DNA of 64,000 nt from Methanobacteriota archaeon (GTDB lineage Archaea; Thermoplasmatota; Thermoplasmata; RBG-16-68-12): contig CAMTUI010000011.1 of NCBI GenBank assembly GCA_947084985.1, positions 10,355-74,354 of the forward strand. The letters run 5' to 3'. A model generated the notes under the pieces. It had not been told where the DNA came from. It did not search any database and saw only the letters and a list, made by a program, of their open reading frames with translations. Positions 7,957 through 16,513 of this stretch are shown one piece after another. How positions within the stretch are numbered: the stretch's first letter is position 1; each line of letters opens with the position of its first letter. Made by a program: the position numbers and the translations under genes.

Positions 7957-10251
7957 CTAGCGGAGTCGCTTGAGGCCTTCCTTGATTCGCGCAAGCTCCC
8001 GCCGGCGACGCTCCAGGTCCTTGTCGGCCTTTGCCGCGCGGGCCTCGCGTTCCTTCAGCTTCTCCTCGCGGATTTTCAGCTCGGCCCGGGTCTCCAGTAG
8101 GTCCCGCCGCTGGGCCGCCACGGTGTCGCGCATCGAGGCGAGCTTCGCCGCGCGGGCCTCGACCGCCTTGCGTTGGGTCGCGACGGCGTCCTGACGTCTC
8201 TTCGCCTCCCCATCCAGACGAGTGGACCGGTCCGAGAGGTCCGACTCCCGCTCGTCGAGTTCCGTCGTCCGCGTCTTCATGGATTCTTCCCTCGTGCGAA
8301 GCCCGGATTCGCGCTCTTCGAGGTCCGATTCGCGGTCCTCCAACGCGGCGTCCCGCCGCTGGGATTCCTGTTTGAACCGCGATTCTCGCGACGCGATCGT
8401 GGCGTCGCGCTTCGTGAGCTTGTCTTTTTCCTTCGCGAGGTCCGCTTCCGCCTTCTCGATTGCGGCGCGTCGCGACTCGATGTCCTGCAGGTCCGCGAGG
8501 AAGGCGGTCTCCTGCTCCTCGAGGGTCGTTTTCAGGGACTCCAGGGACTCGGATTCGGCGGCGACCGCCTTCTCCTTCGCCCCGAGTTCCCGCTCCCGCC
8601 GTTCCATTTCCGTCCGCTTCGAGGCCAGGTCCCCTTCCAGGCCGTCCTTGCGCGCCCGGAGCTCTTCTTCCGCGACGTCGAGCGCATCCGATCGCTCCGT
8701 CAGCCGCGCTTCGTGGGCCTCCCCCGTCCGCTCCCGTTTGTCGAGAGCCGTCTCCCGTCGGTTCGACGCGGCCTCTCGCTTTTCGAGGTCGCGTTCGAGG
8801 CTCTCGATGGACCGTAATCGCTCCTGGACGTCTCGTTCGGAGCGGATGAGCTTGAGGGCCTGCTCCTTGAGGCGGTTCCGCGTCGAGACGAGGTCCTCCT
8901 CGACGTGGGCGACCTCTCGCAAGCGACGCTCGAGGTCCCTCGTCTGTGCCGCCACCTCGCGCTGCCGTCGCCGGAGATCCACCTGCCGTTCGCGCGCCTC
9001 GCGCTCCTCCGCGGCGACCTTCAAGTCCCGTGCGGTGAGTTCCTTCGCGACCTTCTGCATGCGCTTCGTCGAGCGGGCGAGTTCGTCCCTCCGGCCGTCG
9101 AGGCTCGCATCTTCGGCCTCGAGCGCCTCTTGTCCCTTCGCGAGGGCTTTGGCCTGGGCGGCCAGCGCCGCCTCTCGACCGTCGAAATCCTTCCCCCGCG
9201 CCGCGACGGAGCGTTCCCGGTCGGCGACCTGTTCCTCCCGACTGGAAACGGATGTATCGTGATCCCGGAGCTTCTCTTCCCATTCCCGCTGGGCCTGCTC
9301 TCTCAGGAGGAGCTCTCTCTCCCGGCGTTCCGCCTCGGCCACCCGGGCGTCGAACGCCTTGCGGGCCTCGGCAATCTTTTCCATCTCTGCCTCCAGGCTT
9401 GCGTACAGCTCGTTGACCTGTTTCCGCTCGCGGTCTTCCGATGCCTCGCGGACGCCCAGGGAGCCCTCTCGGTCTCGGAGCATCGTCTCGCGCGCGGCAA
9501 ATTCCCGCTCCCGCTCGTCGAGCTTCGCCTGACGCTCCGCGAACGCGCGACGCTGGGCCTCAAGCTCCGCGCGGCCCTTCTCCGCCTCCATCGCGACGAG
9601 CTTCTTCTGGGACTCCACCTCGACGTCTTCCGACGTGCGGCGTTCCTCGAGGCGACTCATGATCATCCCGCTCGCCTCCTTGACCGCCTGCAGCTCGGAC
9701 CGGAGGGCCTCGAGTTCCCGCTGCCGCATCCCGCTCCTCTGGTACTCCTGCTCGAGCTCCCACTTGCGGCGGTACAGTTCCTCCTCGCGATCGATCAGTC
9801 GCCGCTCCTGGTCCCGGCGGGCCTCGAGGTCACGGAGGTAGGCCTCCCGCTCCTGGGCCGCCTGGGTGGTGACCTCGGACAGGAGGCCGTCCGCGTCGCC
9901 GATCCCCTCGACCGCGGCGTCGGGGTAGCTCTTCTGCAGCTGCTCGATGCTGATCGTCGAATGGCCGTAGTCGTACGTGCGGACCTCGAGCTGCGCCCGC
10001 TCGCTTGACGCGTCGCGAAGGATCTCCGGAAGGGCGTCCCGGCCGACGACGTCGAGGTTCGATCGATGCTCCGCAAGGACACCATCCCCGTCCCGCAGGA
10101 CGAGGACCCCCTGCGACGGAGTGTCGCCGCGGAAGACGGACGTCTTGAGGAGACCGTTGAACTTCATCGCCCGAAGCTCGGCGAGGATCGTGCGGATCGC
10201 TTCGGGTCCCCCGTCGGCGATGCGTTCCACTCGACCGGGAGGGACTTCCAT
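7957..10251 (-). CDS. Giant coiled-coil protein with about 125-aa globular N-terminal domain
   Basis: 764 aa. The N-terminal domain (FNGLLKTSVFRGDTPSQGVLVLRDGDGVLAEH..VVGRDALPEIL) resembles DUF4388/DUF2226-type domains (weak). The remaining ~640 aa is uninterrupted E/R/K/A/L-rich heptad-like sequence. Confidence 0.8.
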   Translation of the reverse strand: MEVPPGRVERIADGGPEAIRTILAELRAMKFNGLLKTSVFRGDTPSQGVLVLRDGDGVLAEHRSNLDVVGRDALPEILRDASSERAQLEVRTYDYGHSTISIEQLQKSYPDAAVEGIGDADGLLSEVTTQAAQEREAYLRDLEARRDQERRLIDREEELYRRKWELEQEYQRSGMRQRELEALRSELQAVKEASGMIMSRLEERRTSEDVEVESQKKLVAMEAEKGRAELEAQRRAFAERQAKLDEREREFAARETMLRDREGSLGVREASEDRERKQVNELYASLEAEMEKIAEARKAFDARVAEAERRERELLLREQAQREWEEKLRDHDTSVSSREEQVADRERSVAARGKDFDGREAALAAQAKALAKGQEALEAEDASLDGRRDELARSTKRMQKVAKELTARDLKVAAEEREARERQVDLRRRQREVAAQTRDLERRLREVAHVEEDLVSTRNRLKEQALKLIRSERDVQERLRSIESLERDLEKREAASNRRETALDKRERTGEAHEARLTERSDALDVAEEELRARKDGLEGDLASKRTEMERRERELGAKEKAVAAESESLESLKTTLEEQETAFLADLQDIESRRAAIEKAEADLAKEKDKLTKRDATIASRESRFKQESQRRDAALEDRESDLEERESGLRTREESMKTRTTELDERESDLSDRSTRLDGEAKRRQDAVATQRKAVEARAAKLASMRDTVAAQRRDLLETRAELKIREEKLKEREARAAKADKDLERRRRELARIKEGLKRLR

Positions 10252-10415
10252 CGCGCGCCCGACAATGTTATCACGTTAAGAAACTTCCCACGAGATTCTG
10301 TGGCCTGAAATCGAGGACGTCGCTCGGCGCTCGGACAATCGTTTTGTAGCGGTCCCGCAATGGCAGCGACGCGTTCGTGATGAGAAGAGGGTCAACCGAC
10401 GGCGGCGTGACGACC

Positions 10416-10434
10416 TCTATGAGTGCTGAAACGC
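10416..10434. repeat. 19-nt exact direct repeat copy 1 (tctatgagtgctgaaacgc)
   Basis: This is identical to 11142-11160. Flanking bases partly match (gac.tctatgag). Confidence 0.9.
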
Positions 10435-10513
10435 ATATGCTACGGTGCACCGCTGGTATCGGGTGGACTTACCGGCGATTTCATCCCGCCCGCGCGCGAA
10501 CTTTTCCGCCAGG

Positions 10514-10954
10514 TCACTTCTTAGGCGACTGTCCGGGCGGAGGAATGGCTCCGAGTTGTGTCAACAGCCCCAGGTTGTCCGTGACCCCCCAGTGCTCCGC
10601 GGCCTTGCCGCCGGAGAACCGCACGATGTCGATTCCCTCGAACGCGACCCGCTTCCCCGTTGGCGGGATGTTCATGAATGCACCCTTGTGGGTTCCGCTG
10701 AAGGTCGCTCGGGCAACGACCTTGTCGCCGTGGGAAATCACCTCGTTCACCGCGACCTGGAGATCCGGAAATCCGGTCCGCATCGCGCTGATGAGCTGCT
10801 TTACTCCCTCGATTCCGGACTTGAACCCCGGGAGCGGCGGCTCGTGGTCCACGAAGTTCCGATCCGCGAGTTCGTCCACAACACTCAGCTTGCCCTTCGA
10901 AAACACCTCGTCGTAGAAGCGGCGCAAGACCGCTTCGTTTGTATGCGATGTCAT
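10514..10954 (-). CDS. SnoaL-like / predicted ester cyclase family protein
   Basis: NEAVLRRFYDEVFSKGKLSVVDELADRNFVDH..GTHKGAFMNIPPTGKRVAFEGIDIVRFSGGKAAEHW is typical of SnoaL/ester-cyclase folds. The internal ATG is chosen because the TATA-like box TTTAATAAG lies 32-40 nt upstream. Confidence 0.75.
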   Translation of the reverse strand: MTSHTNEAVLRRFYDEVFSKGKLSVVDELADRNFVDHEPPLPGFKSGIEGVKQLISAMRTGFPDLQVAVNEVISHGDKVVARATFSGTHKGAFMNIPPTGKRVAFEGIDIVRFSGGKAAEHWGVTDNLGLLTQLGAIPPPGQSPKK

Positions 10955-10985
10955 TCCTCTCCCCGCCACGGCCATGCGAACGAGC

Positions 10986-10994
10986 TTATTAAAG
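10986..10994 (-). promoter_or_regulatory. TATA-like box upstream of SnoaL-like gene
   Basis: The minus strand reads TTTAATAAG, 32-40 nt upstream of the ATG at 10954. Confidence 0.4.
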
Positions 10995-11141
10995 GGCTTC
11001 GCGACAGCGAGGCCCATGACCGGAAGATCGGCATCGCGACATTGCGGCGCTCGAGAGGGGGCAGTAGCATACACGCAGTCCAAAGAATGCGCAGCTCGGT
11101 GCACATTTGTACTCATCATGTGTTAGCAAAACCATTTGACG

Positions 11142-11160
11142 TCTATGAGTGCTGAAACGC
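11142..11160. repeat. 19-nt exact direct repeat copy 2 (tctatgagtgctgaaacgc)
   Basis: This is identical to 10416-10434. It lies in the divergent intergenic region between the SnoaL-like gene and the surface-protein gene. Confidence 0.9.
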
Positions 11161-11286
11161 TCCGACCCGGAGGCACGTGGTGCAAGACGCACCTCCGGGG
11201 CGCGGACCCGTGGAATCATCGCTGATACGGGGCTCACAATCGCCTTTATGAGGGAGGCGGCTGGCCAGGGCCTCGGAGAAACTACC

Positions 11287-13050
11287 ATGGGACGGTCTCC
11301 CAAGGGCCACGTCGCTTTCGTGGCGGTCCTCGCGATTGTGCTGTCGGGATTCGCTCTTGCCGTCGTCGCGCCGCGCGCGAGCGCGGGAGCCGCAATCGTC
11401 TACAGCGAGGGATTCGAGACGGGAATCATGAACCCACGGTGGATCATCTCGGACTCCAACCCGGCCGGCGGGGAGGACTTCTGGGGGATCACGTCCTTCC
11501 GCGCCCACACGGGCACGTACAGCGCGTGGGCCGCGGAGATCGGCAACCAGTCGAGCGGCTCGTCCGTCGGCATGAACAACTCCGCGCCGGGCGTGCAGCT
11601 CTATGACGACGAGATGCAGGCCGATCTCGTGGTCGACCTCCGTGTGAACGGATACTCGAACCTCTTCCTATCCTTCTGGTACTACGTGAAGGCGGAGAAC
11701 GGCGGCGGCGATTGGATCCAGGCCTGGTACGAGGCCGGCGGCGTGCAGACGAACATCTTCAACCCGCGCGGATCGTCCGGGAACAACTGGGCGCCCGTCA
11801 ACGTGTCCGTTCCGAACAACGTCGAGCGGCTGATCATCCGCTTCCACACGGATTCCGCGAACCACGGGTTCGAGGGAGCCTACGTGGACGACGTCGTCTT
11901 GACGGGCATCGAGGATGCCGCCCCCTCATCGAGCGTCCAGCCTCTGCCCACATACAACCGCTCCGTGCCCGCGGGCATTCCCTACGACGCGCAAGACAAC
12001 CCGAACGCGAGCGGCGTCGATTACGTCGAGCTGTGGTATCGGATCGGGACTACGGGCCCGTACACGCTCTACACGCGTCCTGCGAATCCGGCTGGACAAT
12101 GGGAGCCGTGGTTGTCGGATCCGATCCCGTTCGACACGACCTTCACGGGCGGCGATGGCCACTACGAGTTCTACACGATCGCCGTGGACAATGCGTCGAA
12201 CCGGGAGGCAGCTCCCGTGAACGGGACACCCGACGCGTCGATGATCCTGGACGCGACACCTCCGGTACTCACGCTCAACGCCCCTGCGCAAGGGGCCTTG
12301 CTCCGGACGAGCTACGCCCTCGTCGCCTGGCAGGCGACGGATGCCACGTCCGGCCTGGACCACTACGAGACCCGCCTGGACGAAGGCGCCTTCGTGACGA
12401 ACGGGGTCGCCGGATCCCGGAACGTCACGGGATTGTCCGAAGGCACGCACCGCATGACGATCCGCGCCTATGACCGCGCAGGAAACTTCGCGGAGGACAG
12501 CGTCACCTTCGTCGTCGACACGGTCGCGCCCAACCTGGCGATCGGCCTGCCGGCTCCGGACGAGTTCGTCACGACGGACGACTACACGTTCATCTGGTCT
12601 GCAACGGACGCGACATCGGGTATCGACCACTACGAGGTCTGGCTCGACGGCGGCGTCCCGATCGCGATCGCCGAAGAGCGCGTCGTGATCGGCGGCATCG
12701 CGGACGGGCAGCACACCTTCTACGTGCGCGCGTTCGACCGCGCAGGCAACGTCGCCGAGGCCTCGGTCACGTTCCAGACGGACAAGAACCCCTTCAGCCT
12801 CACGGGTCCGTATCGGGGCCTGCCGCTGCTGGTCCTCCTCGCGGTCGTGATTGCCCTCCTGCTCCTCCTGCTCCTCTGGTGGAAGCGCCGCAAGGACAAG
12901 GAAAAGGAAGAGGCGGAAGTCGCCCTCGCAGGCATGGAGCCGGTGCAACCCCTCGCACGGAATTCGGAGAAGATCGTCGAGGAGCGGGTCGACCCCGGAC
13001 TCGCCAACGACGGACCGATGACCGAGGAGCCGCCCGCGGGTCCGCCGTAA
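11287..13050 (+). CDS. Cell-surface protein: signal/TM, jelly-roll-like N-domain, three tandem Ig-like repeats, C-terminal TM anchor
   Basis: The start is at MGRSPKGHVAFVAVLAIVLSGFALAVVAPRASA. The N-domain is choice-of-anchor-J-like (SEGFE..WGITSFRAHTGTYSAW..GAYVDDVVL). Three related ~85-90 aa units at ~12010-12783 share SG.DHYE..L/W and G.H.F..RA.D.AGN. The C-terminus has LPLLVLLAVVIALLLLLLLWWKRRKDKEKEE. Confidence 0.85.
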   Translation: MGRSPKGHVAFVAVLAIVLSGFALAVVAPRASAGAAIVYSEGFETGIMNPRWIISDSNPAGGEDFWGITSFRAHTGTYSAWAAEIGNQSSGSSVGMNNSAPGVQLYDDEMQADLVVDLRVNGYSNLFLSFWYYVKAENGGGDWIQAWYEAGGVQTNIFNPRGSSGNNWAPVNVSVPNNVERLIIRFHTDSANHGFEGAYVDDVVLTGIEDAAPSSSVQPLPTYNRSVPAGIPYDAQDNPNASGVDYVELWYRIGTTGPYTLYTRPANPAGQWEPWLSDPIPFDTTFTGGDGHYEFYTIAVDNASNREAAPVNGTPDASMILDATPPVLTLNAPAQGALLRTSYALVAWQATDATSGLDHYETRLDEGAFVTNGVAGSRNVTGLSEGTHRMTIRAYDRAGNFAEDSVTFVVDTVAPNLAIGLPAPDEFVTTDDYTFIWSATDATSGIDHYEVWLDGGVPIAIAEERVVIGGIADGQHTFYVRAFDRAGNVAEASVTFQTDKNPFSLTGPYRGLPLLVLLAVVIALLLLLLLWWKRRKDKEKEEAEVALAGMEPVQPLARNSEKIVEERVDPGLANDGPMTEEPPAGPP

Positions 13051-13053
13051 GAC

Positions 13054-13290
13054 TCATTCGTCCCCGGGCGATTCGGCGTCGGCCCTTCGGATGTCGATCA
13101 CGACGCCCGGCGGACTGTAGTCCTTTCTTGCCCGGATTTCGACGACCTGGCTGACATCCGTGACCACGACGCACATGGGGATCGAGCACGGCGTCAACGG
13201 TCGGTAGCCCCGTCCACCCAGATCCAGGGGGACCGCGATAACCGAGCCCGAAAGGCCGAAGTCCTCCTGGTCAGGGAGCTCAGGCGCCAC
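13054..13290 (-). CDS. Hypothetical small protein (78 aa)
   Basis: The ORF fills the gap between neighbouring genes and has high third-position GC (about 78% by hand count). I recognised no family. Confidence 0.3.
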   Translation of the reverse strand: MAPELPDQEDFGLSGSVIAVPLDLGGRGYRPLTPCSIPMCVVVTDVSQVVEIRARKDYSPPGVVIDIRRADAESPGDE

Positions 13291-13354
13291 ACGTCTCCGC
13301 AGGACGTTCTAGGGACCAAAGAATCGAGGACAGTCCCCTATCCCATCGCGTCCA

Positions 13355-14509
13355 CTAGAGGGGGCCAGCCGACTCTTCGCCTGCTACCGCATTCAGGGAT
13401 TCGACATACTCTTGCAGCTCCTCGGGGGTCCAGTCTTCGAGGACAACGTGAACAAACGCGTTCATTCTGCCGCGCCGGGCGAGCGCAAGGGCAATCAAGT
13501 CGGCGACGACATCCGGATTCTCGACCCAGGGCCGGGCAGAGAGCCGCGTAAGGATGTCATGGCATCCGCGGCATAGCGCTATCAGCACCTCGTTGTTCGG
13601 GTCGTTCTCCTTGCCGAGGACGTGGTGCGCGGAGAGCCATTTTTCGACCTTCCTGCGGCAGAGCTGGCAGACTCCTTCTCGAAGGCCGATCGCTTCCAGA
13701 CGTCTTCCGCCGAAGTAGGCTACGTTCCGGCGATGCCCCTCGCGGCATCGCACCGTGCAAAACTGCTGCCTTTTCGTCAACGGCACGAAGTCGCGCCCGC
13801 AACCCGGACATTTCTCCATCCCAAGGTCCGAGTGCTCCATGACGTATCGCTGCCATCTCTCAGGTTCATAGTACTGCAGCGCGTCGACAAGGGGCGTGAT
13901 CGCAACTCCCTCCATGCGGGCCAGACGCCGGACGGTCGTCCGCCCACCTTCCAACTTCCTCGCGAAAGCAGCAATGCGTTTTTTCGTGAGTCCTGTCCCG
14001 TGTTTTGGCTTCTTCTCCCTCCAGTCCGTGTTTCGTGAGCGAACCTCGAGTCGCGAGAGCTTCAGGGCAACCGCCGAGTAGGTGCGTCCTAAGCGAGCGG
14101 CGATCTGACCGAGTGGTTCTCCTTGTCCCGCAAGCGAGCGGGCTTCCTTCACCTCCTCTTCGGTCCATTCTTGGTGTGCCATGGGGTAACCGAGTCTGCG
14201 CAGTCGCTCGTGCACGCTCTGCCCGACGAGCCCCAGGCGCTTCGCCGCTCTCCATACCGAGCCCGTGTCCTTGTAGGCGGCGATGACTTCTTCGTCACTG
14301 ATGCGCTTATTCCAAACGGTTCCGCGCCCTGTCACCGGGTGGTCCCGCTCGTTGCTCCCGTCGTCAGGCGAAGGATGTCTCTCGGGGCGTGCGCGCGGCG
14401 TGCCGGGGCCGCCCGCGGCGATCTCCTGGATTCCAAAGTTGGGCGAGGACGTCGCTGCGACATCCGCGCGTCTTCGGGGCTCGGCCATGATCCCATCCCT
14501 AACCCGCAC
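13355..14509 (-). CDS. HNH endonuclease with three N-terminal HTH/Myb-like modules and a zinc ribbon
   Basis: The HNH core is CQLCRRKVEKWLSAHHVLGKENDPNNEVLIALCRGCHDIL (nt 13550-13669). An upstream zinc ribbon reads CPGCGRDF..QQFCTVRCREGHRR. HTH-like segments are GSVWRAAKRLGLVGQSVHERLRRLG, WTEEEVKEARSLAGQGEPLGQIAARLGRTYSAVALKLSRL and TTVRRLARMEGVAI. The start is uncertain (14509 or 14488). Confidence 0.8.
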   Translation of the reverse strand: MRVRDGIMAEPRRRADVAATSSPNFGIQEIAAGGPGTPRARPERHPSPDDGSNERDHPVTGRGTVWNKRISDEEVIAAYKDTGSVWRAAKRLGLVGQSVHERLRRLGYPMAHQEWTEEEVKEARSLAGQGEPLGQIAARLGRTYSAVALKLSRLEVRSRNTDWREKKPKHGTGLTKKRIAAFARKLEGGRTTVRRLARMEGVAITPLVDALQYYEPERWQRYVMEHSDLGMEKCPGCGRDFVPLTKRQQFCTVRCREGHRRNVAYFGGRRLEAIGLREGVCQLCRRKVEKWLSAHHVLGKENDPNNEVLIALCRGCHDILTRLSARPWVENPDVVADLIALALARRGRMNAFVHVVLEDWTPEELQEYVESLNAVAGEESAGPL

Positions 14510-14671
14510 GACCCGGGAAGCCGGCGAGTGCCTTGCTGTCCTTCCCTATCGGGATTCGACCCTTTAATCGTAGCGGCACGTCGAGGCACGACATGGCATT
14601 TTCTTGGGCGCCAGGCAATATAAATCATTCGGGCGGGTGGCCGAAAGTGAAAAGCGCGCGATGAGCTTGGC

Positions 14672-15049
14672 TCACTTGAGCGCCGTTTTCGCGCGTTCCG
14701 GATTGTCCACGACCATGGCGATCTCCGTGCGTCCGTTCTTGGACCCGAGGATGTAGATCGAGTGGACGTTGATCCCCGCGCGGGCGAGGCGCCGCGCGAC
14801 CTTCGCGAGCTCTCCCGGACGGTCGATCAGCTCGAGGTTCAGGATGTCGCTGAGCTCGAATTTCAGGCCTGCATTCGACAGGGCTTTTTCGGTCGTCTGC
14901 ACATCCGACGTGACGACGCGAAGGAACGACGACTCGTGCTTCGATTCGCTCGCGATCGCGCGGATGTTCACCGCCGCCCTGGCGAGGGCTTCCGTGACGC
15001 GGGCCAGCTCGCCGGGTTTGTCGGCCACAAAAACCTTGAACTCCATCAT
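14672..15049 (-). CDS. ACT domain protein (two tandem ACT modules)
   Basis: EFKVFVADKPGELARVTEALARAAVNIRAI and LELIDRPGELAKVARRLARAGINVHSI are duplicated ACT signatures. The ATG is preceded by a G-rich SD-like run. Confidence 0.8.
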   Translation of the reverse strand: MMEFKVFVADKPGELARVTEALARAAVNIRAIASESKHESSFLRVVTSDVQTTEKALSNAGLKFELSDILNLELIDRPGELAKVARRLARAGINVHSIYILGSKNGRTEIAMVVDNPERAKTALK

Positions 15050-15130
15050 GTCGAACCCCCCCAATCCGGTGCGCGGTGAAACGGATGCCGAGCTACTAAA
15101 GACTTCCCCACGGCGACGCGTACCCGGGGC

Positions 15131-16513
15131 TTAGGGCACGAGACGGGCGCGGTCGTGCGGGAACAGGATCGCCTCGCGGATGTTCGGGAGGTCGAGGAGC
15201 TTCTGGACGAAGCGGTCGATGCCGAAGCCCCAGCCGCCGTGCGGCGGCATCCCGTACCGAAACGCCTTGAGGTAGAACTCGAAGCTCTCCGGGTTCAGGC
15301 CCTTGCCCTTCATCCGATCGAGGAGCACGTCGTACCGGTGCTCCCGCTGGCCGCCCGAGGCCATCTCGTCGCCCTTGTACTCCAAATCGAACGAATACGA
15401 GGATTCCGGGTCGTCGGCGTTCGTCATCACGTAGAACGGCTTGATGGCGCTTGGATACCCGGTGAGGAAGTACAGTTCGTGGCCTTCCTCCGACATCGCC
15501 TGGCCGAGGACTTTCTCGCCTTCCGTGTCGATGTCGCCCCCGTCCCGGAGGTGCTTGCCACGACCCCGCAGGATCTCGAGCGCCTCCGGGTACGGCAGCC
15601 GCTTGAGGGGGAGCTTCGGGCGCTTCGGGTCCACCTCGAGCATCTCGAGCTCGGTCGTCGCGTCGGACCGCACGCGCTCGATCGCGTGGTCCACCGCGCC
15701 CTCGAGGAACGGGAAGAAATCTTCCTGTCGCTCGATCCACGCGACCTCCCCATCGAAGGAGGTGAACTCCGTCACGTGTCGCACGGTGTCGGAGGGCTCC
15801 GCGCGGAAGGCCGGCGCGATCTCGTAGACGCGGTCGAGACCGCTCCCCATGAGCATTTGCTTGTAGAGTTGCGGGCTCTGGCTCAGGAACGCGCGGCGCC
15901 CGAAGTAGTTCGTCTCGAAGAGCGTCGCGCCTCCCTCGGCGCCCGCGCCCGCGAGTTTCGGCGTTTGCACCTCGATGAAGCCGTGCCGGTCCAGATAGGA
16001 CCGCAGGGCCGACGTGACGATGGAGCGTACCCGAAAGATCGCCCGCCGTTCCGCTTTCCGAAGGTCCAAGATGCGGTTGTCGAAGCGAGTGTCGACCTCC
16101 GCGCCGACCTTGTCGGCAACAGGCAAGGGCAGGGGCGCGGCGGCGGGGCTGATGACCTCGATGGACGAAGCGACGAGTTCCCACCCGTTCCGCACCTGGG
16201 GATTCGCCTGGATTGTCCCGCGCGCCACGACGACGCTCTCCCGGACGATCTTCGAGGCGCGGGTGAAGAGGTCCTCGTCAGGCTTTTTCTTCACGGTGAC
16301 CTGGAAGGTCCCGGTCCGCTGCCGGACGATCAGGAATGCGATCCCGCCGAGGTTCCGCACGTCCTCGACCCACCCCGCGAGGGACACATCCGACCCATGG
16401 TCCGCGGACCCGATCGAGTCGATCGTGCGGAGCGGGCCGGCCATGGAGGCGCGGAGATGGACGGGGTCTATTAAAGGATGCGGTGGAGATGCAGCGGAGA
16501 CGACCGCCGTCAT
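15131..16513 (-). CDS. aspS: Aspartyl-tRNA synthetase, archaeal type
   Basis: It has an N-terminal OB fold (VSLAGWVEDVRNLGGIAFLIVRQRTG). Class II motifs are present (FRAEPSDTVRHVTEFTSFD, GGWGFGIDRFV). The ATGA overlap with the mscS stop supports the start at 16513. Confidence 0.93.
   Translation of the reverse strand: MTAVVSAASPPHPLIDPVHLRASMAGPLRTIDSIGSADHGSDVSLAGWVEDVRNLGGIAFLIVRQRTGTFQVTVKKKPDEDLFTRASKIVRESVVVARGTIQANPQVRNGWELVASSIEVISPAAAPLPLPVADKVGAEVDTRFDNRILDLRKAERRAIFRVRSIVTSALRSYLDRHGFIEVQTPKLAGAGAEGGATLFETNYFGRRAFLSQSPQLYKQMLMGSGLDRVYEIAPAFRAEPSDTVRHVTEFTSFDGEVAWIERQEDFFPFLEGAVDHAIERVRSDATTELEMLEVDPKRPKLPLKRLPYPEALEILRGRGKHLRDGGDIDTEGEKVLGQAMSEEGHELYFLTGYPSAIKPFYVMTNADDPESSYSFDLEYKGDEMASGGQREHRYDVLLDRMKGKGLNPESFEFYLKAFRYGMPPHGGWGFGIDRFVQKLLDLPNIREAILFPHDRARLVP

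Noticed and set aside
7883-9283. 466-aa and 346-aa ORFs (7883..9283 minus, 8222..9262 plus) overlapping the coiled-coil gene.
   Set aside because: They are extremely R/G/P/S-rich, low-complexity translations. The GAG/CGC-rich coiled-coil coding sequence leaves other frames open by chance.
8200-9900. Periodic short repeats in the coiled-coil genes (also 36400-37700), considered as possible CRISPR-like or tandem DNA repeats.
   Set aside because: The periodicity is codon-level (GAG/CGC/CTC heptad coding) inside continuous ORFs. There are no constant-length direct repeats separated by unique spacers.
14551-14562. gggattcgaccc, resembling the complement of a tRNA T-arm (GGGTTCGAATCC-like), next to the HNH gene. 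This suggested a possible tRNA gene or att remnant.
   Set aside because: I could not build acceptor, D or anticodon arms around it on either strand, and the T-loop is one base short. Chance or a very decayed fragment is the most I can say.
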